Below, piece by piece: positions 58,349 to 64,000 of a stretch of DNA of 64,000 nucleotides. Position 1 is the stretch's first letter. Every line of letters starts with the position of its first letter. The stretch comes from Candidatus Uhrbacteria bacterium (GTDB taxonomy: Bacteria; Patescibacteriota; Patescibacteriia; UBA9934): positions 25,529 through 89,528 of the forward strand of contig JABHCP010000015.1 in the NCBI GenBank assembly GCA_018673485.1, given 5' to 3'. The translations under genes were made by a program, and so were the position numbers. The notes under the pieces were generated by a model, which saw only the letters and a program-made list of their open reading frames with translations, was not told the DNA's origin and did no database searches.

Positions 58349-59023
58349 ATGAAGAAAATTTCTTTAATTTTAGCTTTAATCGTTGTAGCTGTTGGTGCAT
58401 ATTTGCTTTTCCAAGCAACAAATCCATATTACGGACTTGTTACCGAGATTGAGGTTCAGTCAGACGAGGCCACTGTTGAGTACTTAGAGCAACAGCTTGA
58501 GCAGACTCTTGCCGCTATGGAAGCCGCGTATCAGTCAGGTGAAACTCCAGATTTGGATATGTTTTTAATTGCCGCAACGAATGCATATTATCTTGGCGAT
58601 TTAGCGCAAGCTCGTGAGATTTATGAAGAATACTTTGATTATAATTCCATCAACCCAGCATCTTGGAATACTTACGCGAATATTTTGTATAAAATGGAAG
58701 ATTGGGATAATGCAGAAGAAGCTTATCGCACAGCATTGGAGCTAAGCCCAATGGAGGAATTTTATATGGATTTGGTAAAAGTTATAGAAAAAGATTCAGA
58801 GCGTTATTTAGAAGTTGAAGAGCTGCTCAAAGAAGCGGTGGAGGTTCTTGGTCAGTCACGTTCACTTATGGTTGCACTGGCAAGTTGGTACGAGGAGACC
58901 GGAGATTGCGAACGTTCAATTGCGCATTATAGTGTCGCCAAAACACTTGCCGAATCAGATACCTTGGCTGACTCTGTGCAGGAGGATATAGATCGGGTAG
59001 AAGAAACTTGTGAACAAAAATAG
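58349..59023 (+). CDS. membrane-anchored TPR-like repeat protein
   Basis: N-terminal TM; helical repeat pattern. Confidence 0.4.
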   Translation: MKKISLILALIVVAVGAYLLFQATNPYYGLVTEIEVQSDEATVEYLEQQLEQTLAAMEAAYQSGETPDLDMFLIAATNAYYLGDLAQAREIYEEYFDYNSINPASWNTYANILYKMEDWDNAEEAYRTALELSPMEEFYMDLVKVIEKDSERYLEVEELLKEAVEVLGQSRSLMVALASWYEETGDCERSIAHYSVAKTLAESDTLADSVQEDIDRVEETCEQK

Positions 59024-60602
59024 TGTGATTAAAAAAGGAGGAATAACTAAACTGATAGCGGCACTACTTTTTATAAGTATGTGTCCGCTCTCTGTTTTTG
59101 CAGAAACTCCCAACGATCCGGAGTATAGCGAACAGTGGTACTTGGGCATGGTCGATGCGCCTGAAGCGTGGGACATCGAAACAGGAGATGATGACATCGT
59201 TGTTGCAGTTCTTGATACTGGAGTTGATCTTGATCACCCGGACTTGGAAGATAATATTTGGGTGAATGCTGACGAGGTTCCTGACAACGGAATTGACGAC
59301 GATGGCAACGGGTACGTCGACGATTATTATGGTTGGGATTTTGTCGATGATGATAGTACGCCGATTCCAGATGTATCTAGTGGTGCTAATGAAGATGCGA
59401 TTTCGCACGGTACGGTTATTGCTGGGATCATTGCGGCTGTTGGTGATAACAATGAAGGTTTGACAGGAGTAGTTTGGGACGCGCAAATAATGGCCGTGCG
59501 CATGCTCGACAAGGTTGGTTCTGGTAATTCGGTTGACGCCAGGGAGGCAATTGAGTACGCGGTCGAAAATGGTGCGGATGTTATTAATTTAAGTTTTTCC
59601 GGAACAACTAATGATCCAGCGCTAAAGGCTGCGGTCCAAGAAGCGTATAATAATGGTGTGGTGATTGTGGCAGCATTAGGAAATGATGGAGTTAGCGTAA
59701 ATGATAATCCAGTTTATCCAGCATGTTACAGAAATGGCGCAAATGATTGGGTAATTGGCGTTGCGGCATCGAACAAATACGACAAGCACTCATTATTTTC
59801 TAATTATGGAAATTGCGCTGATTTGTCAGCCCCAGGCGAGGAAATGTATGGGCTCTTTTATTATGATCCAGCTAATGGGTTCACAGATCCATACGGAGAT
59901 GATTGGGCTGGAACATCAGTTGCGTCCCCAGTGGTAGCGGGAGCGGCTGCACTTTTGTTGTCAAAGTATCCAAGCTTAGACCCTGCCGCGATTAGAAATA
60001 TTTTGAAACTATCAGTGGATCCGATGGCTCTTTCAGGTGTTTATCGTGGGCAGTTTGGAGCAGGTCGACTCAATCTTAATCAGGCAGTCGAGATGGCTGC
60101 CAGTTATGCGTCAGAGGCTGATGATTCAGATAGTTCGGACGATTCAGAGTTTACCGAAACCTACATAACATCACCATCATTTTCAACGGTTTACTATATA
60201 ACAGAGGGTGGTGCACGCAGGCCATTTATGAATACTGATGCGTATTTTTCGTGGTCAGATACGTTTGGTGATATTGAGGAAGTGCTAGATGGTGATTTGG
60301 CAGATTATGCAATTGACGGAATTATGTTACCAAGAGCTGGAGTTGTTCTGGTGAAAATCCAAAGCGATCCAAGCGTTTATATGCTTGAGGAGGGTGATGA
60401 TCAATTGGTTCCGGTCTTGCGTAAGATCGCAACAGAAGAGATTGCAATAGAAATGTATGGTAGTAATTGGGCGGATTATGTAATAGACGTCGAGCCAACA
60501 TTTTTCAATAAGTTTGAATCGGGTGACGAGGTGGATGAAGCGATTCCAGTAGATAAGAGTATAATGAAAACACGCGCACAGCTTGCAGCGCTCGCGCTGT
60601 AA
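59010..60602 (+). CDS. secreted subtilisin-like (S8) serine protease with a C-terminal shared ~110 aa domain
   Basis: catalytic Asp VLDTGVDLDHPDL, His HGTVIAGIIAA, Ser GTSVASPVVAGAAALL; C-terminal STVYYITEGGARRPF...KIQSDPSVYML. Confidence 0.8.
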   Translation: MNKNSVIKKGGITKLIAALLFISMCPLSVFAETPNDPEYSEQWYLGMVDAPEAWDIETGDDDIVVAVLDTGVDLDHPDLEDNIWVNADEVPDNGIDDDGNGYVDDYYGWDFVDDDSTPIPDVSSGANEDAISHGTVIAGIIAAVGDNNEGLTGVVWDAQIMAVRMLDKVGSGNSVDAREAIEYAVENGADVINLSFSGTTNDPALKAAVQEAYNNGVVIVAALGNDGVSVNDNPVYPACYRNGANDWVIGVAASNKYDKHSLFSNYGNCADLSAPGEEMYGLFYYDPANGFTDPYGDDWAGTSVASPVVAGAAALLLSKYPSLDPAAIRNILKLSVDPMALSGVYRGQFGAGRLNLNQAVEMAASYASEADDSDSSDDSEFTETYITSPSFSTVYYITEGGARRPFMNTDAYFSWSDTFGDIEEVLDGDLADYAIDGIMLPRAGVVLVKIQSDPSVYMLEEGDDQLVPVLRKIATEEIAIEMYGSNWADYVIDVEPTFFNKFESGDEVDEAIPVDKSIMKTRAQLAALAL

Positions 60603-60606
60603 GGTT

Positions 60607-60680
60607 TAAATTGATGAAATTGTTTAAGTTGTTTATTTAGAAGTAAACACTTTAAACATCTTAAACAAGTGAGGGCTCGG
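60607..60680 (+). promoter_or_regulatory. conserved 5' motif copy 2 upstream of the epimerase gene
   Basis: TTGTTTAAGTTGTTTATTTAGAAGTAAACACTTTAAACATCTTAAACAA. Confidence 0.4.
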
Positions 60681-60704
60681 CCCGAGCTATAAAACGTTAT
60701 CCAT

Positions 60705-61724
60705 ATGCCTGAAGAAAAACAAAAGAAACTCGCAGTCGTCACCGGTGGCGCAGGATTTATTGGATCGTTTTTATGCGCTGAGCTTCTAAAGAAAAATTAT
60801 CGAGTGATTTGCATTGATGATTTCACAACTGGACATGTCCGAAATATTGATCCATTTTTGCGAAGTGTTGATTTTCAATTTTTGAAAGTGAACATCAACG
60901 AGCGATTCGATCTAGAAAGGTTCCCAGAACTTGAACCTTTTAAAATTCAGTTCACTGGTGTCGATGAGATTTATCACCTAGCTGTTCCTACATCAATTAA
61001 GAACTTTGATACTTTGAAAAAGAATACATTGCTTACGAGTTCTGCTGGTACTCAAAATATTCTTGAGCTCGCTGTTAAGTACAATTCAAAAGTCTTACTT
61101 GCATCAAGCTCGGTAGTTTACGGACCGCGCACTGAGGATCATAAGATATTTAAGGAGTCCGATATCGGATGCGTTGATCACTTAAACCCGCGTTCATGTT
61201 ATGACGAAGGTAGAAGATTCGCCGAGACAATGTTCTACACATATGGCGATGTACACAAGCTTGATTACAAAATAGCAAGAATCTTCAGAACTTACGGTCC
61301 GCACATGCCACTTTTTGACGGGCATCAAATTCCTGATTTTGTACTGCAAGCATTAAACGGTGAGGATGTTGTGGTCAACGGCACAGAGGAGTTTAAGACT
61401 TCGGTTGTTTACGTGACAGACGTAGTAGACGGAATGCTTCGACTTATGGGGTACCAAGGTGAGGAAAGAGTTATGAACTTTGGAAGTGATTTAGACCTAA
61501 AATTGGTCGAGATCGCTCAGAAAGTAATAGATTTAACTGGATCAAGCTCAAAGTTACGATTTGAGGAACAATTGGCATTTTTGTCAGAGCTCGGTTTGCC
61601 AGATATCAGTTTAGCTAAAGAAAAGCTCGGATGGTTACCGGTTGTGCAATTAGAGCATGGTTTACAGAAAACAGTTGAATATATTCGTGCAAATAAAATT
61701 CTATTGACTGGAGAGGGTAATTAG
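60705..61724 (+). CDS. NAD-dependent sugar-nucleotide epimerase/dehydratase (UDP-glucuronate decarboxylase-like SDR)
   Basis: Rossmann motif VTGGAGFIGSFL; YxxxK region. Confidence 0.8.
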   Translation: MPEEKQKKLAVVTGGAGFIGSFLCAELLKKNYRVICIDDFTTGHVRNIDPFLRSVDFQFLKVNINERFDLERFPELEPFKIQFTGVDEIYHLAVPTSIKNFDTLKKNTLLTSSAGTQNILELAVKYNSKVLLASSSVVYGPRTEDHKIFKESDIGCVDHLNPRSCYDEGRRFAETMFYTYGDVHKLDYKIARIFRTYGPHMPLFDGHQIPDFVLQALNGEDVVVNGTEEFKTSVVYVTDVVDGMLRLMGYQGEERVMNFGSDLDLKLVEIAQKVIDLTGSSSKLRFEEQLAFLSELGLPDISLAKEKLGWLPVVQLEHGLQKTVEYIRANKILLTGEGN

Positions 61725-61733
61725 CGCTAACCT

Positions 61734-62417
61734 TTGGGTATGAAGACGGTTGCCATTATCCCAGCTTACAACGAGGAGTCGCGTGTGGCAGATGCTGTGC
61801 GCGATGCTTCTTGTTTTGTCGATCATGTGGTTGTTGTTGATGATTGTTCATACGACCAAACATTTGATGAGGCATATAGCTCAGGCGCATATGCTTTACG
61901 CCACGTGCTCAATCGTGGGCAGGGGGCCGCATTGCAAACTGGAACTAGTTTTGCGCTTAAAAATCTTAATCCTGATGTTATTGTCCACTTTGATGCGGAT
62001 GGACAGATGCAAGGTAGGGATATCCCCAAGATGATTGATCTGCTGAGCAATTCTGATGTGGATGTTGTGCTTGGGTCGAGGTTTTTGCATGGTTGCCCAG
62101 ATATGCCACTTTCGCGCAAAATCACTCTCAAGCTTGCGATTATATTCACACTTGTAGTTTCTGGAATAAAGCTCTCTGACGCTCATTGCGGTTTCAGGAT
62201 TCTATCAAAGAGCGCCGCAAAGAGGATTTGTATCACCCGTGATCGTATGGCGCACGCCTCCGAGATCCTTGATCTCATAAAAGTAAACCGACTTAAGTAT
62301 ACTGAATGCCCGGTGGACATAAAATATTCAGATGAAACGCTAGCCAAAGGTCAGTCATCACTTGGAGCGATAACAATTGTAAAAGATCTTATAAAAAGTA
62401 AATTCTTCGATGTTTAA
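61734..62417 (+). CDS. glycosyltransferase family 2 (polyprenyl-phosphate sugar transferase-like)
   Basis: VAIIPAYNEE...VVVDDCSYDQT...DADGQ. Confidence 0.8.
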   Translation: MGMKTVAIIPAYNEESRVADAVRDASCFVDHVVVVDDCSYDQTFDEAYSSGAYALRHVLNRGQGAALQTGTSFALKNLNPDVIVHFDADGQMQGRDIPKMIDLLSNSDVDVVLGSRFLHGCPDMPLSRKITLKLAIIFTLVVSGIKLSDAHCGFRILSKSAAKRICITRDRMAHASEILDLIKVNRLKYTECPVDIKYSDETLAKGQSSLGAITIVKDLIKSKFFDV

Positions 62418-62500
62418 TAAAACAGTATGCAGTAGGCAGTAGGCAGCATAAGTTCTTAACTACATTCTACATTCTACTTTCTACTCTCTATTCTAAAAAT

Positions 62501-62842
62501 ATGATTTTCCAAATACTACTTATCGCCTTTGCATTTTTTGCACTTGCGATTACAACCAAACAATATCGAAGGCGTAAGGTGAGTTTGTACTGGTACATTC
62601 TTTGGACATTGCTCTGGCTCGCTGTGATCATCGTCGCTTTGCTGCCACAGGCTACAGATCCACTGGCGCAATTGGTGGGAGTAGAGCGTGGTGCGGACTT
62701 ATTGGTTTACATTGCGATTGTTGTTTTGGCCTACGGACTTTATCGTGTGTTAGTTAGATTGGAGAAAGTTCAAAAAGAAATTACCGAAGTTGTACGAAAA
62801 GTAGCGATCGATAAGGTACAGGAACCAAAAAAAGATGAGTAG
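62501..62842 (+). CDS. small membrane protein (DUF2304-like, often paired with GT2 polyprenyl-phosphate glycosyltransferases)
   Basis: 113 aa, three hydrophobic helices. Confidence 0.4.
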   Translation: MIFQILLIAFAFFALAITTKQYRRRKVSLYWYILWTLLWLAVIIVALLPQATDPLAQLVGVERGADLLVYIAIVVLAYGLYRVLVRLEKVQKEITEVVRKVAIDKVQEPKKDE

Positions 62843-63914
62843 ACCAAAAGTAGCAATAATATATTTGTGCCACAACGATCTTCGGTATGTACCGGAGGTT
62901 GTTGAGTCATGGCATGATCAGACGTACCAGAAAGATAGGTTGGCAACTTTGATGATTCCAAATGGAGCAACAGACGGCGTTCAGGATTTAATTAAATCAG
63001 ATATCTTACCTCGATCAAAAAAAGATTTGCCGGAGATGGTGATGATTGATGATGGGGTTAATCATGGATTTGCAGGCGGTAACAATCTTGGTATTAAGTG
63101 GGCGATCGATCACGGATTTGATTACGTTTTTTTAAATAACGGAGATTTAAAGTTAGACCCTAAGGCGATTGAAAAGCTCGTTGAAGTGATGGAATCAGAT
63201 TCTGGCATTGGATCTGCACAGAGTTTTGTTCGATTTTGGAAAGAGCCTGAAATGGTAAATGTCACGGGTGGAGTTATGCATGTGGCAGGGTTCGGTTACG
63301 CCCGCGATAACGGATCTAACATTTCAGATGTTAAAAGAAAGAATGGTGAAGAGATAATGTACGCATCTGGCGCGGCTGTGATGTATCGACTAAGCGCACT
63401 AAAAAAAGTTGGTTTTCTTGAGGAGGGTTTTTTCATGTATCACGAAGATTTAGAGCTTGGACTGAGGCTTAGGTTCGCAGGATATAAAAACGTACTTTGC
63501 ACAGAGTCTCATGCATTTCATGACTACAGCTTTGGGAGGAATCCAAAAAAATTCCAGTGGATGGAAACGTATCGATATATAGTTTTATTCTCGTACGCAA
63601 AGTTTCGATCATTGTTGCTATTAGTTCCGATGCTAAAATTTGTTGAATGCGGTATGTGGGCGATGTCATTAAAAGGAGGTTGGCTGGGTAGTAAGCTCAA
63701 AGCAAATATTGAACTTTGCAAGCCAAGCACTCTAGGGCTTTTATGGAAAATGCGTCAGCGTGCGCAGAGTCTTAGAACAATCGATGATAAAGATTGGATG
63801 AAAATGCTTTCGCCAAAAATAGAAGCGCAGGAAGTTGAGTCTGAGATTACCACTATTGGCAACTCAATCATTTCATGGATGTGGAAAATTATTTTGCCGT
63901 TAATCCGATGGTAA
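62835..63914 (+). CDS. glycosyltransferase family 2
   Basis: KVAIIYLCHNDLRYV ... DDGVNHGFAGGNNLGIKWAI. Confidence 0.7.
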   Translation: MSRPKVAIIYLCHNDLRYVPEVVESWHDQTYQKDRLATLMIPNGATDGVQDLIKSDILPRSKKDLPEMVMIDDGVNHGFAGGNNLGIKWAIDHGFDYVFLNNGDLKLDPKAIEKLVEVMESDSGIGSAQSFVRFWKEPEMVNVTGGVMHVAGFGYARDNGSNISDVKRKNGEEIMYASGAAVMYRLSALKKVGFLEEGFFMYHEDLELGLRLRFAGYKNVLCTESHAFHDYSFGRNPKKFQWMETYRYIVLFSYAKFRSLLLLVPMLKFVECGMWAMSLKGGWLGSKLKANIELCKPSTLGLLWKMRQRAQSLRTIDDKDWMKMLSPKIEAQEVESEITTIGNSIISWMWKIILPLIRW

Positions 63915-63915
63915 T

Positions 63916-64000
63916 TATTGTTTAAGTTGTTTAAAATGCTTAAAGTGTTTATTTCGAAATAGACAATTTAAATATCTTCAACATTTAAACATTTTGGAAT
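63916..64000 (+). promoter_or_regulatory. conserved 5' motif copy 3 (rearranged variant) at the window edge
   Basis: TTGTTTAAGTTGTTTAAAATGCTTAAAGTGTTTATTTCGAAATAGACAATTTAAATATCTT. Confidence 0.35.

Overview
This window is a 64 kb chromosomal segment from a low-GC bacterium, roughly 40-45% GC by eye. The lineage cannot be named from sequence alone, although the gene content would fit a small-genome uncultivated bacterium. Backbone housekeeping genes are: dnaE (3' part), thrS, miaA, gatB, the secE-nusG-rplK-rplA cluster (with unusual insertions), gyrB, rodA/ftsW, rplY, prmC-prfA-rpmE, an ECF sigma factor, an S8 protease and several GT1/GT2 glycosyltransferases. Several segments stand out against this backbone.

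(1) At 14.7-18.9 kb a compact deoxypyrimidine-nucleotide cluster holds a Tmk-family kinase, a Dut-family NTPase, a thymidylate-synthase-family enzyme, DHFR, a dCMP deaminase fused to an Rcl/nucleoside-2-deoxyribosyltransferase-like domain, and a Nudix hydrolase. By eye-alignment the TS homologue carries Asp where the uracil-specifying Asn177 (E. coli numbering) of thymidylate synthase sits, which is the dCMP-directed configuration known from dCMP hydroxymethylases and from engineered TS N177D/N229D. I consider a T4-like modified-deoxycytidine pathway in a cellular genome the most interesting hypothesis in the window.

(2) There are GC-rich islands: 37.7-42.1 kb encodes two lipoproteins built from Cys/Asp-rich putative metal-binding repeats plus a (Asp-Ala)n hexanucleotide microsatellite, and 25.4-27.3 kb encodes small secreted proteins.

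(3) Several non-coding families are visible. Two homologous ~100 nt structured elements end in intrinsic terminators (11.4 and 20.7 kb). A five-copy GC-rich REP-like hairpin family contains an internal SD/anti-SD pairing. A three-copy 5' motif has an 18 bp perfect palindrome. A T-box-like motif lies upstream of thrS. A ~1.25 kb ORF-less GC-elevated region sits at 18.9-20.2 kb.

(4) Large secreted proteins (903 aa, 1404 aa and the S8 protease) share a ~110 aa domain of unknown function, and a glycine-rich surface gene contains a recent tandem module duplication and a +/-1 frame break at a G5 run.

One intact IS30 element is present. No tRNA or rRNA gene and no CRISPR array could be supported.
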